This document shows positions 35,042 through 44,182 of a stretch of 64,000 nt of DNA, piece after piece. The notes under the pieces were generated by a model. The model was given only the letters and a program-made list of their open reading frames with translations, was not told the DNA's origin and made no database searches. This stretch comes from Eubacteriales bacterium (GTDB lineage Bacteria > Bacillota > Clostridia > Lachnospirales > JAITVM01), in assembly GCA_031551135.1 (NCBI GenBank), contig JAVBOA010000026.1, positions 26,683 to 90,682 of the forward strand, written 5' to 3'. How positions within the stretch are numbered: the stretch's first letter is position 1; the number at the start of each line of letters is the position of its first letter. The position numbers were made by a program, and so were the translations under genes.

Positions 35042-36031
35042 ATGGTACCGTTCTTGGCAATTTCCGGTATAGTATTTGTTGTTATTATTTTATGTGTATT
35101 TTTGAGTTTTTTCCCGTTGGGCTTATGGGTTTCCGCTATAGCAGCAGGAGTTAATATAAGCATATTTACATTATTCGGAATGCGCTTGCGCCGTGTTAAG
35201 CCGGAAAGAATTGTAAGACCGCTTATCAAAAGCCGCAAAGCAGGATTGAATATCAGTATAAATCAACTTGAATCCCACTATTTGTCCGGCGGTAAAGTAG
35301 ATAATGTTGTTGATGCTTTGATAGCCGCTCACAGAGCTAATTTGGAGCTTTCTTTCGAGCGTGCCGCGGCGATAGACTTGGCTGGTAGAGACGTTTTCGA
35401 GGCTGTTCGAATGAGCGTTACTCCTAAAATTATTGAAACTCCGTGGATTTCCGCAGTTGCAATAAACGGTATCGAAGTCAGAGTTATCGCGAGAGTTACT
35501 GTACGCGCTAATCTTCAAAGACTTGTCGGCGGTGCGGGAGAGGAAACTATTATAGCCCGTGTCGGCGAAGGTATTGTAACGACTGTTGGTTCTTCAGAAT
35601 CTCATAAAGATGTTTTGGAAAATCCAGACAGAATTTCTCAGACAGTTCTTAGCAAAGGCTTGGATTCCGGAACAGCATTTGAAATTTTATCAATCGATAT
35701 TGCTGATATTGATATCGGCAGAAATATCGGTGCTCAACTTTTGACAGAACAGGCCGAAGCCGATAAAAATATAGCTCAAGCAAAGGCAGAAGAAAGACGT
35801 GCAGCTGCTTTTGCACATGAACAGGAAATGAAAGCACATGTTCAAGAAATGCGCGCTAAAGTTGTGGAAGCAGAGGCGCAAATTCCTTTGGCAATAGCAA
35901 AAGCTCTTAACGATGGAAAAATCGGCGTTATGGACTATTATAATTTAGAAAATAAAAAAGCCGATACTAAAATGCGAGAGTCTATTGGAAACTTACAAGT
36001 AGATGTCGGAATTAAAGAGCAAAAAAAATAG
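35042..36031 (+). CDS. floA: flotillin-like protein FloA
   Basis: Long collinear similarity to B. subtilis FloA/YqfA ([47 protein letters not shown]). Confidence 0.9.
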   Translation: MVPFLAISGIVFVVIILCVFLSFFPLGLWVSAIAAGVNISIFTLFGMRLRRVKPERIVRPLIKSRKAGLNISINQLESHYLSGGKVDNVVDALIAAHRANLELSFERAAAIDLAGRDVFEAVRMSVTPKIIETPWISAVAINGIEVRVIARVTVRANLQRLVGGAGEETIIARVGEGIVTTVGSSESHKDVLENPDRISQTVLSKGLDSGTAFEILSIDIADIDIGRNIGAQLLTEQAEADKNIAQAKAEERRAAAFAHEQEMKAHVQEMRAKVVEAEAQIPLAIAKALNDGKIGVMDYYNLENKKADTKMRESIGNLQVDVGIKEQKK

Positions 36032-36047
36032 TATAATAAAATAATTA

Positions 36048-36082
36048 AAAGGCTGAAGCAAACAAAATATGCTTCAGCCTTT
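36048..36082. terminator. bidirectional terminator between floA and the antiporter gene
   Basis: AAAGGCTGAAGCA - 9 nt - TGCTTCAGCCTTT. Confidence 0.75.
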
Positions 36083-36098
36083 AAATATTATTCAATCG

Positions 36099-37529
36099 TT
36101 ACGGCATCGAATCGAAATTTTCACCGCTCAATACCAGCACATCATTTTCAGAAATCAGAGTAGAGCCTTTTGGTACAATAAATTTTCCTTTGCGCTTTAT
36201 CATAACTATCAGGATTTCATCGGGTATTTCAGAATCAACAATCATTTTTCCAATCATTTTATTTCCTGGTAAAATTTTATAGTCCATTAATTTAGCATGT
36301 GTTTCTTCATGATAATCGTTAAAAGTTTTCATAACAGAATCAGAAGTACTTTGATCAATCAAATCCAATTTTTTTGCAATATTAGGCGTTAGCGTACCTT
36401 GAAAAACAACCGAAAACAGAGTGATAATGAAAACAATGTGAAAAATATCAAAAGGTAAACTGTCTCCAAGTTCCGAAACGGCAAATATCGTAAATGCAAT
36501 AGAAGCGGCCCCGCGCAGCCCCACCCAAGATACAAAAGTTTGCTGGTTTACAGGCATTTTAAACCAGCTCAAAATACTGAAAGTTGCAATTGGTCGTGCG
36601 ATGAAGATTATAATTAAAGACATTATTATTCCGGGAAGCAAAATATGTGGTAGCTTTGTTGGGAAAGAAAGCAAACCAATCATAAAAAAGAGTAAAATCT
36701 CCATAATCCAAGAAAACGAATCAAAAAAATGCACTAAACTCACTTTATGTAGGATTCTGCTGTTTCCGACGAGAATTCCTGTGATATAAACGCATAATAA
36801 ACCGTTTCCGCCGATTATATGGCAAAGTGCATAGCCTAAAAATATCATCGCTATAAACAATAAAGGCAAAATACTTTCTATTTCATCTATCAAATATTTG
36901 GACATCAATACAGTGATGATTGCAGTCAAAGCACCGACTATGATTCCAAAAATCATTTGCTTTGCAAATAAAAACGAAAAACCTGCCAACGAAAAGACTC
37001 CATTGGATTTAATCAGTGAAATCGAAAGAAAAGTCATTAAATAAGAAAAAGGGTCATTACTTCCGCTTTCCATTTCAAGTAAAGGCGCTAAACCGTTTTT
37101 TAAATTGAGCTTTTGAGAGCGCAATATCGAAAAAAGAGAAGCCGCATCGGTAGAAGAAATTACAGAGCCTAAGAGCATTGCATAAAGAAAATCTATTTTT
37201 AAAACGAAAACAGCGAAAAATGCTGTGACGAATAAAGTTATCAGAGTGCCGAGAAACGAAAGTAAAATAGCTTTAAACGCCACCGGCTTTGCAGTTTCCC
37301 ATTTTGTACAAAAACCGCCGTAGAACATAATAAAGATTAATGCGACGGTAGCAATATCGCCGGTTACCCTAAAGTCATCAAAATATATTCCGCCGATTCC
37401 GTCTGAGCCGAAAATCATTCCAAGCGCCATAAAAATTAATAGTGATGGTACTCCGAATTTGTATAACAATTTGTTTGTTAAAACGCTGAGTATTATAACA
37501 GCTGAGATAATTAGTAGTGTTTTTTCCAT
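36099..37529 (-). CDS. K+/H+ antiporter, CPA1 family with C-terminal TrkA-C domain (NhaP2-like)
   Basis: 476 aa with about 12 TM helices and a cytoplasmic RCK_C-like tail. Confidence 0.85.
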   Translation of the reverse strand: MEKTLLIISAVIILSVLTNKLLYKFGVPSLLIFMALGMIFGSDGIGGIYFDDFRVTGDIATVALIFIMFYGGFCTKWETAKPVAFKAILLSFLGTLITLFVTAFFAVFVLKIDFLYAMLLGSVISSTDAASLFSILRSQKLNLKNGLAPLLEMESGSNDPFSYLMTFLSISLIKSNGVFSLAGFSFLFAKQMIFGIIVGALTAIITVLMSKYLIDEIESILPLLFIAMIFLGYALCHIIGGNGLLCVYITGILVGNSRILHKVSLVHFFDSFSWIMEILLFFMIGLLSFPTKLPHILLPGIIMSLIIIFIARPIATFSILSWFKMPVNQQTFVSWVGLRGAASIAFTIFAVSELGDSLPFDIFHIVFIITLFSVVFQGTLTPNIAKKLDLIDQSTSDSVMKTFNDYHEETHAKLMDYKILPGNKMIGKMIVDSEIPDEILIVMIKRKGKFIVPKGSTLISENDVLVLSGENFDSMP

Positions 37530-37653
37530 AATTCTCTCCCGTCTATAGTTTTTTAAAATTCATCGGTTGTAAATTTCCCTCTGAAAATTTTTCGGATTAT
37601 ATTTATCTTTTCTTTAACTGGCCGAAGAAAAGATAAAAGGAAATTGTAATTTA

Positions 37654-37764
37654 TACTATTTTCATTTTGATAAGTAGAAAAAAATTTTTCACAGCGGAGC
37701 GTTTCACGCATGATTCAAGCGTGAAATGAAATATTTTTTTCTATCCTTAATAATGAAAATAGTA
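37654..37764 (+). repeat. TIR-hairpin element, full length (111 bp), orientation A
   Basis: Central hairpin TTTCACGC-N9-GCGTGAAA (37702-37726). This is a compensated variant of the 6048 copy. Confidence 0.95.
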
Positions 37765-37806
37765 TTATTAATCTTGCTGCGGAGCATCACCCTTTCCATC
37801 CATTAA

Positions 37807-37819
37807 CATTGAAATAGTA
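37807..37819. repeat. solo terminus of the TIR-hairpin element
   Basis: CATTGAAATAGTA, 43 nt after the full copy. Confidence 0.5.
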
Positions 37820-38066
37820 TTAATATTGCCCCCGGATTTATTTTACACGATTTTTGCAGAGAGTGGAAATTTTTTTGTCGGCGTAGATGATTTGTAATTT
37901 TTAGGATTCACTATAATGCATGAACAAGATATATTTTAAGGGATAAATCTATCCAAAATTTAGCACAATTTCAATCTTGCTCTATTATATTTATTAGTTT
38001 TTGATAATTGACATTAATTTTATATACGAGTATAGTTAAATTAAAATTCGAATAGGAGGCAATGAA

Positions 38067-38300
38067 ATGAAATCAATAAATATTTATTTAAAAGACATTG
38101 AAAGTGTAAAGACTTTTGTTAATTTTGTATCAACTCAATCCGGTGATTTTGATATAGTTTCTGATAGATATGTTGTTGACGCAAAATCGATTATGGGTAT
38201 TTTGAGTCTGGATATCAGCAAAGTATTAAGATTGAATATTCACGAAAATGCAAGCTACGAAGAAGCCGTAGCGAAATTGAAAAACTTCATCGTAGAATAA
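38067..38300 (+). CDS. HPr-family phosphocarrier-like protein
   Basis: 77 aa. DAKSIMGILSL resembles the HPr Ser46 region, but no clear His15 context is present. Confidence 0.6.
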   Translation: MKSINIYLKDIESVKTFVNFVSTQSGDFDIVSDRYVVDAKSIMGILSLDISKVLRLNIHENASYEEAVAKLKNFIVE

Positions 38301-38349
38301 TACTATTTGGCTTTGTTTTGTAATCGAAACAAAGCTTTTTTACTATTGG
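38301..38349 (+). repeat. terminator hairpin bracketed by direct TACTATT(T)GG repeats
   Basis: TACTATTTGG, then GCTTTGTTT-N8-AAACAAAGC and T6, then TACTATTGG. The first repeat abuts the TAA stop. Confidence 0.7.
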
Positions 38350-38364
38350 ATAAGGAGAGATCAT

Positions 38365-38829
38365 ATGAATTTTGAGATAAAACAAAAATTAATTGAGAGC
38401 CAAAATGTAATGTATATTTCGAAATCTTTGCCTCACGAAAAATTGCATGAAGTCGGAATTTATTTTGATAAAGTAATGCAATATATTATTTCGAACGGCG
38501 GAGAGATAACGGGTTCATTTTTAAGATATGTAGACAATAGCACAATGCAATTAATGAATTTAGAAATTTGTATAGCCGTTAAATCTTTCTTGCCTGAAAA
38601 TGACGAAATCAAATCGAAAACAATTGAAGAAACCAATGAAATTATGGCTTGCGGAATTCTTAAAGGCTCTTATAGCGGATTAGGCGAGTTTTATAAACAA
38701 ATGGACGATTTCATAAGGGCTCAAGGTAAAACTTACGCTGATGGCGCGATGTGGGAAATTTATCTTAATAATCCCGCTAATGTTCCAGAAGATGAACTTT
38801 TGACCGAAATTTTGATACCGGTAAAATAA
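38365..38829 (+). CDS. GyrI-like small-molecule-binding domain protein
   Basis: 154 aa with the pattern of AraC effector-binding/GyrI-like proteins (...WEIYLNNP...E..TEILIPV). Confidence 0.6.
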   Translation: MNFEIKQKLIESQNVMYISKSLPHEKLHEVGIYFDKVMQYIISNGGEITGSFLRYVDNSTMQLMNLEICIAVKSFLPENDEIKSKTIEETNEIMACGILKGSYSGLGEFYKQMDDFIRAQGKTYADGAMWEIYLNNPANVPEDELLTEILIPVK

Positions 38830-38952
38830 ATAATTTTTTAAAATACGTCGGAAAATCCGGCGTTTTTTTATAAAAAAATTCTTAGCATAAAAATATATCA
38901 ACAGAATTCTACAATTTTTCGATAATATATATAACACCATTTAAATTTTGAT

Positions 38953-38966
38953 AAATGGAAATAGTA
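38953..38966. repeat. solo terminus of the TIR-hairpin element
   Basis: AAATGGAAATAGTA. Confidence 0.5.
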
Positions 38967-38989
38967 TGAATAAATTGTGGAGTGGGAAA

Positions 38990-39556
38990 ATGCCAATAAA
39001 AAAAACAAAAATATCTGTTTCAATAGTAGTAATAATAATTGGACTTTTTTCGATTATCGCATTAGTATTGTATTCGATAAGTATATATAATCAAAAACCA
39101 AATTACTATACTCCGGAAAAAGCAAATAAAGGTGAAAAAATATATTCCGAGCTTTCTGAGATTGACTTTGTGAACGATTATCCTCAGTCTCCGGAAGAAA
39201 TTGTAGAATTAAATAATAAAATAATGCTTTTTTTATATGGGAATATTTTGGCGGATACTCGGAAAATTTCGGAGGTGCTGGAATTTCAGCGAAATTTATT
39301 TTCAACGGAATTAAATGAATTGAATACGCTGGAAAATCAGATCGAGAATACCAATGAAACTTTTGGCATATTTTTAGAAAAAGGAGTTTATGTTATAGAT
39401 ATAACACAAGGCTCGATTAAATATACCTCTCAGAATGATTATTCGTGCTCTGTTACCGTCGATTTTTATTTTAATAAACTGGAAAATATCAAAAAGCAAT
39501 ATCATCTCGTCAAAGAAGACGGCCGTTGGAAAATTAATAACTGGTCAAATATTTAA
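38990..39556 (+). CDS. membrane-anchored hypothetical protein (paralog of 48731-49261)
   Basis: ATG 38990 follows GGAGTGGG. It has one TM helix. It shares YPxxPEE..E.NN..M.LLY...L......E.QR.LFS..L...NTLE with the 48731 protein. Confidence 0.6.
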   Translation: MPIKKTKISVSIVVIIIGLFSIIALVLYSISIYNQKPNYYTPEKANKGEKIYSELSEIDFVNDYPQSPEEIVELNNKIMLFLYGNILADTRKISEVLEFQRNLFSTELNELNTLENQIENTNETFGIFLEKGVYVIDITQGSIKYTSQNDYSCSVTVDFYFNKLENIKKQYHLVKEDGRWKINNWSNI

Positions 39557-39686
39557 TCCTTTTGTATAATTGTTTTATAAAGATTTTGCAATTGACAAAT
39601 GGTTTAATGGGTGTATCCATATTTTATGAAATAGATATCTGTTTTGTATGATTAATACTGTACTTATTAAATGAAGGGGTGTTCGT

Positions 39687-40367
39687 ATGCAATATGAAAT
39701 AAAAGGCGGAAATTTTCCTGTAGCTATCTGCACTTTGTCAAAAGGAGAAACGATAGTCAGCGAAAAAGGCGGAATGTCTTGGATGAGTAAAGACATTGAA
39801 ATGGAAACTTCCACGGGTGGGGGTTTGCTAAAAGGTTTAACACGCTCATTTTCCGGCGAATCTATGTTTCTAAATTACTATACTTCTAAATCAGACAATC
39901 AAAAAATAGCTTTTGGATCCAGCTATGCAGGCAGAATTATGGATATCAAAATTGAACCGGGTAAAGAGATTATCGCTCAAAAATCTGCAATGCTTGCTAT
40001 GGAAAAAGGCGTAGATATAAATATGCATTTTAGAAAAAGATTGGGCGCCGGCTTTTTTGGCGGTGAGGGTTTTATTCTGCAAAGATTTTCCGGAAACGGT
40101 ATGGCTTTTTTAGAGATTGATGGCGAAATTATAGAATATAATTTAAGCTCCGGCGAAGAAATGATTATTGACCAAGGATATTTGGCGGCAATGGATGCAA
40201 CTGTTGATTTTGATATTGAAAAAGTCAAGGGTTTGAAAAATATTATGTTTGGCGGAGAAGGGCTTTTTGTGGGAATTGTCAGAGGTCCCGGAAAAATTTG
40301 GCTTCAAACGATGCCGATTTCGAATCTTGCCAATGCGATTATTTCAAGAATTCCTACGAGTAGCTAA
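39687..40367 (+). CDS. TIGR00266/AIM24 family protein
   Basis: 226 aa. MQYEIKGGNFPVAICTLSKGETI... and GEGLFVGIVRGPGKIWLQTMP are typical of the family. Confidence 0.8.
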   Translation: MQYEIKGGNFPVAICTLSKGETIVSEKGGMSWMSKDIEMETSTGGGLLKGLTRSFSGESMFLNYYTSKSDNQKIAFGSSYAGRIMDIKIEPGKEIIAQKSAMLAMEKGVDINMHFRKRLGAGFFGGEGFILQRFSGNGMAFLEIDGEIIEYNLSSGEEMIIDQGYLAAMDATVDFDIEKVKGLKNIMFGGEGLFVGIVRGPGKIWLQTMPISNLANAIISRIPTSS

Positions 40368-40371
40368 TTTC

Positions 40372-40463
40372 TTATACTATTTCCTTTTTAAAGAAAAAAA
40401 TATTTCATTCTGCGCTTGAAGCGCTGCGCTGTGAAATATTTTATACAAATTAAAGGAGAATTA
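40372..40463 (-). repeat. TIR-hairpin element (92 bp, internally shortened), orientation B
   Basis: TACTATTTCCTTTTTAAAG...GCGCTTGAAGCGC...GGAGAATTAGTA. Confidence 0.85.
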
Positions 40464-40490
40464 GTATCGGTAAAAAATCAAACCGCTATA

Positions 40491-40536
40491 TGAGCGTTCT
40501 TAAAAAATTAATTTCTTTGAAGAACGCTCATTTTCT
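40491..40536 (+). terminator. terminator-like hairpin between two repeat copies
   Basis: GAGCGTTCTT - 20 nt - AAGAACGCTC followed by ATTTTCT. Confidence 0.5.
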
Positions 40537-40542
40537 ATATCA

Positions 40543-40653
40543 TACTATTTACATTTTGATAAGTAGAAAAAAATTTTTCACAGCGGAGCGTTTCACGCAT
40601 GCTTCAAGCGTGAAATGAAATATTTTTTTCTATCCTTAATAATGAAAATAGTA
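40543..40653 (+). repeat. TIR-hairpin element, full length (111 bp), orientation A
   Basis: Central hairpin TTTCACGC-N9-GCGTGAAA. It differs from 37654-37764 only by a few bases. Confidence 0.95.
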
Positions 40654-40671
40654 TCAGTTCATCAATCATAT

Positions 40672-41106
40672 CTATGCTTTAGCTTTTGTTTTGTGATTGT
40701 TCCTAATAATAATTTGCAATGCTACTTCAAGAGCTGTTGAAATAATATCCGAGTCGGATTTTTCTAGAGGTTTGTCGTTAATTGTAATATTATCTGCAAT
40801 AATAAGCTTATCTATTATTCCTTCTACATAATCTGTTATATCGATTTCATTGTCAAAACAATCGGATTTTTTTTTATCAAAAAAGCCGCAAATTTCAAAA
40901 AAGCTTTTTGTATCAACCTCAAGGCTGTTAGCAATTTTAATTAGCGTGTCAATTGTAGGCGAAATTTCCTTACCGGTTTTATCGTCGATTCCTTTTTCAA
41001 GTTTATTCAAATATGCGTGGCTAATACCAAGGTAGTCAGAAAACTCTCTAAGGCTCATATTTTTTTCTTTTCTTATGGCTTTTAAATAATAGCTTAGTTT
41101 AGTCAT
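40672..41106 (-). CDS. XRE-family HTH transcriptional regulator
   Basis: ATG (complement of 41104-41106) follows GGAGGT. HTH MSLREFSDYLGISHAYLNKLEKG plus an ~80-aa C-terminal extension. Confidence 0.8.
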   Translation of the reverse strand: MTKLSYYLKAIRKEKNMSLREFSDYLGISHAYLNKLEKGIDDKTGKEISPTIDTLIKIANSLEVDTKSFFEICGFFDKKKSDCFDNEIDITDYVEGIIDKLIIADNITINDKPLEKSDSDIISTALEVALQIIIRNNHKTKAKA

Positions 41107-41410
41107 ACTTACCTCCAATAATAAATGTAAACTAAAAATTACAAATTCTCTTGGCAAAATGTATATTATAATTAACAGTTATAGTTAATAATACATTAAA
41201 ATGTAAGAGAATACAAGTAAACGACAATATAGCTTTGTAAATTAAAATTGACAAAATAACTTCTTTTTGTTATAATTTTTTCAATACAAATCAAATTTAT
41301 ACAAAAATATACTTTGTCAGTAAGTAAAAATGTTGAAATAAGTTCATATTTTGATGTCAGAAACAATTACACTCTTGTAATTTGTTGAACTTTTGTAAAC
41401 TATAGGATAC

Positions 41411-41719
41411 ATGCGGGGTGAAGCTGTGCAGGATTTCTTTACAAATTTATACAAAAAGTGCGCGTCTGAAAATGAGAAATATATCGAGCTTTTTAAATTA
41501 TATCTGACAATTGTCAATAAAAACAGTATTTTTGTAATATTAGGTAAGGAATTAATTGCTAATGAAAAAGAAAAAATACTTTTCGCTTTAGGTGATATTA
41601 GTAAATCTATAATTATTGGATTTAAGGAAAAAAATCTGGCACAGATGGAGGAGGCTGTTTTAAAACTAATTCTACTTTATAAACATATAGAAGACAAAAA
41701 CACTAATGAGGAGAAATAG
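41411..41719 (+). CDS. hypothetical protein (start uncertain; GTG 41426 possible)
   Basis: 102-aa ORF transcribed divergently from the XRE gene. Its stop is directly followed by the next start (TAGATG). No family recognised. Confidence 0.45.
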   Translation: MRGEAVQDFFTNLYKKCASENEKYIELFKLYLTIVNKNSIFVILGKELIANEKEKILFALGDISKSIIIGFKEKNLAQMEEAVLKLILLYKHIEDKNTNEEK

Positions 41720-42016
41720 ATGGAAGATATTTTTAGAAAAATGGCGCTTGAGACGCCGGAGTTGATTGAAAAAGATTATAGAGAATTTATGGAGAAAATT
41801 GGAGTAGATAACTTTTTTTACTTTATTAATTCTTTTGGAGGAACGGTTATTTATATCCCGAGAAATAAAAAAATTTTCTCACGCTGCATAAAAGAAAATG
41901 TCAAAAATGAATTTGACGGGTCTAATATTAAAATGTTGGCAAGGAAATATTATTTAAGCGAAAGGACGATAAGGAATTACATTCATAACTATAAAAAGAA
42001 GGAGATGGAAAAATAA
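41720..42016 (+). CDS. Mor-family transcription activator-like protein
   Basis: FGGTVIYIPRNKKIF ... ARKYYLSERTIRNYI matches the Mor pattern (GGxxxYIP ... HTH). Confidence 0.6.
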   Translation: MEDIFRKMALETPELIEKDYREFMEKIGVDNFFYFINSFGGTVIYIPRNKKIFSRCIKENVKNEFDGSNIKMLARKYYLSERTIRNYIHNYKKKEMEK

Positions 42017-42041
42017 TAAATAATACAAAGTAATTTTTTTA

Positions 42042-42095
42042 TACTGTCTGTGCAAAGCGAAAATATTTTTTCTATTCTTTAAAAGGGAAATAGTA
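42042..42095 (+). repeat. TIR-hairpin element, shortened (54 bp)
   Basis: TACTGTCTGTGCAAAGCGAAAATATTTTTTCTATTCTTTAAAAGGGAAATAGTA. Confidence 0.75.
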
Positions 42096-42133
42096 TACAA
42101 TTCAGCCAAGATTTTAAATTATTAGTAAACTGT

Positions 42134-42165
42134 GGCGTGTGTTTTCACACGCCGCTTTTTATCTT
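42134..42165 (+). terminator. intrinsic terminator
   Basis: GGCGTGTG TTTT CACACGCC followed by GCTTTTTATCTTTT. Confidence 0.75.
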
Positions 42166-42169
42166 TTGG

Positions 42170-42182
42170 AATGAAAATAGTA
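42170..42182. repeat. solo terminus of the TIR-hairpin element
   Basis: AATGAAAATAGTA. Confidence 0.6.
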
Positions 42183-42239
42183 TAGCATTTTAACCATATC
42201 ACATGAAAAAAGCATATTTTTATTTTTTTATAATTCGGT

Positions 42240-42268
42240 TTGACATTTGAATTCCGCTTTGATAATAT
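42240..42268 (+). promoter_or_regulatory. sigma-A promoter of purH
   Basis: TTGACA - 17 nt - TAATAT. Confidence 0.7.
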
Positions 42269-42277
42269 ATATTTAGT

Positions 42278-42365
42278 GTTTTGCATTACTGACGGATAAG
42301 GCTTTGGCCTGAACAGTGTTTACTGTGATGAAGTGCAAAATGTGTTATGCCGACCGTCTGGGCAA
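42278..42365 (+). promoter_or_regulatory. ZTP riboswitch (pfl motif)
   Basis: P1 TTTTGCA...TGCAAAA encloses ACTGACGG and a GGC-TTTG-GCC hairpin. The 3' subdomain CCGACCGTCTGGGCA matches the conserved CCGCCUGGGCA. Its location upstream of purH is the classical context. Confidence 0.75.
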
Positions 42366-42410
42366 TATTATTTAAACCTTTATGGCTTAAAATAATATTG
42401 TCCTTTTTGA
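42360..42410 (+). terminator. ZTP riboswitch expression-platform terminator
   Basis: GGGCAATATTATTT ... AAATAATATTGTCC followed by TTTTTGATTTT. The 5' arm overlaps the aptamer CUGGGCA. Confidence 0.7.
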
Positions 42411-42471
42411 TTTTGCGGAATTTTATACGGAATGAAACAAATTAGATAATATAAATGAGCGGAGGATAATT

Positions 42472-44025
42472 ATGAAAAGAGCATTAATCAGCGTTTCGGA
42501 CAAAACAAATTTGATTGATTTTACTAAAGAATTAAAAAATCTTGGATATGAAATTATTTCGACGGGCGGTACTTTGAAAGCTTTGCAAGAAGCCGGCGTA
42601 AAGGTTATTTCAATTTCAGACGTTACGAATTTTCCGGAATGTTTGGATGGAAGGGTAAAAACGCTTCATCCGAAGGTTCACGGCGGGATTTTGGCAATGC
42701 GTGACAACCCTGAACATATGAAACAATTGAACGATTTGGAAATTGAACCTATCGACATGGTTGTTGTGAATTTATATCCGTTTAAAGAGACTATTTTGAA
42801 AAACAGTCCTTTCGAGGAAGCAATTGAAAATATTGATATTGGCGGGCCGACTATCCTTCGTTCAGCCGCAAAAAATTATAAATTTGTCTCTGTTATCTGT
42901 GATTCTTCGGATTATCAAAAAATAATTGAGGAATTGAAATCAAATGGAAATGTTTCCGAAGAAACGAATCTTTATCTTGCACAAAAAGTTTTTGCACATA
43001 CTTCTGCATATGACACATTGATTTCGGATTATCTAGCCAAAAAATTAAATAAGCATGATTTTGGCGAAACCCTAACTTTGACCTATGAAAAAGTTTATGA
43101 TATGCGATACGGCGAAAATCCTCATCAAAAATCCGCATTTTATAAAGAAATTACAAGCTCCGGCGGGATGTTGACCGATATAATTCAATTGCACGGAAAG
43201 GAATTATCTTTTAATAATATCAACGATACTCACGGAGCTTTGGAATTATTGAAAGAATTTGACGCTCCGACAGTTGTGGCTTGCAAACATTCAAATCCTT
43301 GCGGTGTGGCATCTGGCGAAAATATTTATGATGCTTATATGAAAAGCTTCAGCGCCGACCCGGTATCGATTTTCGGAGGGATTGTTTGCTGTAATCGAGA
43401 AATCGATAAAAAAACTGCCGAAGAGATGTCCAAGATTTTCATTGAAATAATTTTAGCGCCGTCTTTTTCTCCCGAAGCTCTGGAAATCTTGAAGCAGAAA
43501 AAAAATATCCGCTTGTTAATTCTGGAAAATATAAACAATAAACAATCTGCGAATTCGATTGATATTAAAAAAGTATCCGGCGGAATTGTTGTTCAGCAAA
43601 TAGATTCTCAGCTTTTGAACGAAGATGAAATGACTTGCGTTACAGATAAAAAGCCGAGCGAAAAAGAAATGCAGGATTTATTATTTGCATGGAAAGTTGT
43701 GAAATATGTAAAATCAAACGGTATATGTTTGGCGAAAGATTTGCAGACAATCGGAATAGGACCGGGGCAGGTAAACAGAATTTGGGCAACAAAGCAGGCT
43801 GTTGAGCATGGAATCGAATTTTTCGGCGAAGAAAATATAAAAAATTCCGTTTTGGCATCGGATGCATTTTTTCCGTTTTCAGATTGCGTTGAAGAAGCAT
43901 ATAAGGCAGGCGTTACAGCGATTATCCAGCCGGGCGGCTCTGTGCGCGATAATGATTCGATTGAGCTTTGCAATAAATATGGTATTTCTATGATTTTTAC
44001 AAAAATGAGACATTTCAGACATTAA
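42472..44025 (+). CDS. purH: bifunctional AICAR transformylase / IMP cyclohydrolase
   Basis: 517 aa with an N-terminal MGS-like domain ([24 protein letters not shown]) and a C-terminal AICARFT domain. Confidence 0.95.
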   Translation: MKRALISVSDKTNLIDFTKELKNLGYEIISTGGTLKALQEAGVKVISISDVTNFPECLDGRVKTLHPKVHGGILAMRDNPEHMKQLNDLEIEPIDMVVVNLYPFKETILKNSPFEEAIENIDIGGPTILRSAAKNYKFVSVICDSSDYQKIIEELKSNGNVSEETNLYLAQKVFAHTSAYDTLISDYLAKKLNKHDFGETLTLTYEKVYDMRYGENPHQKSAFYKEITSSGGMLTDIIQLHGKELSFNNINDTHGALELLKEFDAPTVVACKHSNPCGVASGENIYDAYMKSFSADPVSIFGGIVCCNREIDKKTAEEMSKIFIEIILAPSFSPEALEILKQKKNIRLLILENINNKQSANSIDIKKVSGGIVVQQIDSQLLNEDEMTCVTDKKPSEKEMQDLLFAWKVVKYVKSNGICLAKDLQTIGIGPGQVNRIWATKQAVEHGIEFFGEENIKNSVLASDAFFPFSDCVEEAYKAGVTAIIQPGGSVRDNDSIELCNKYGISMIFTKMRHFRH

Positions 44026-44047
44026 ACAAAGTTATATCAAAGCTATG

Positions 44048-44103
44048 GGTTTGGGTTTTCGCTGATTTTATTCTGATAAAATCGGCAAAACCAAACCTTT
44101 TTT
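44048..44103 (+). terminator. purH terminator
   Basis: Long near-perfect hairpin GGTTTGGGTTTTCGCTGATTTTAT / ATAAAATCGGCAAAACCAAACC followed by T6. Confidence 0.85.
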
Positions 44104-44182
44104 ATTGCACAATTATTTTGAAAAAATCTCAAAATGTTGAAATCCGGAAATCTTTTGTATATAATAGCTTTTAGGTGATTTT

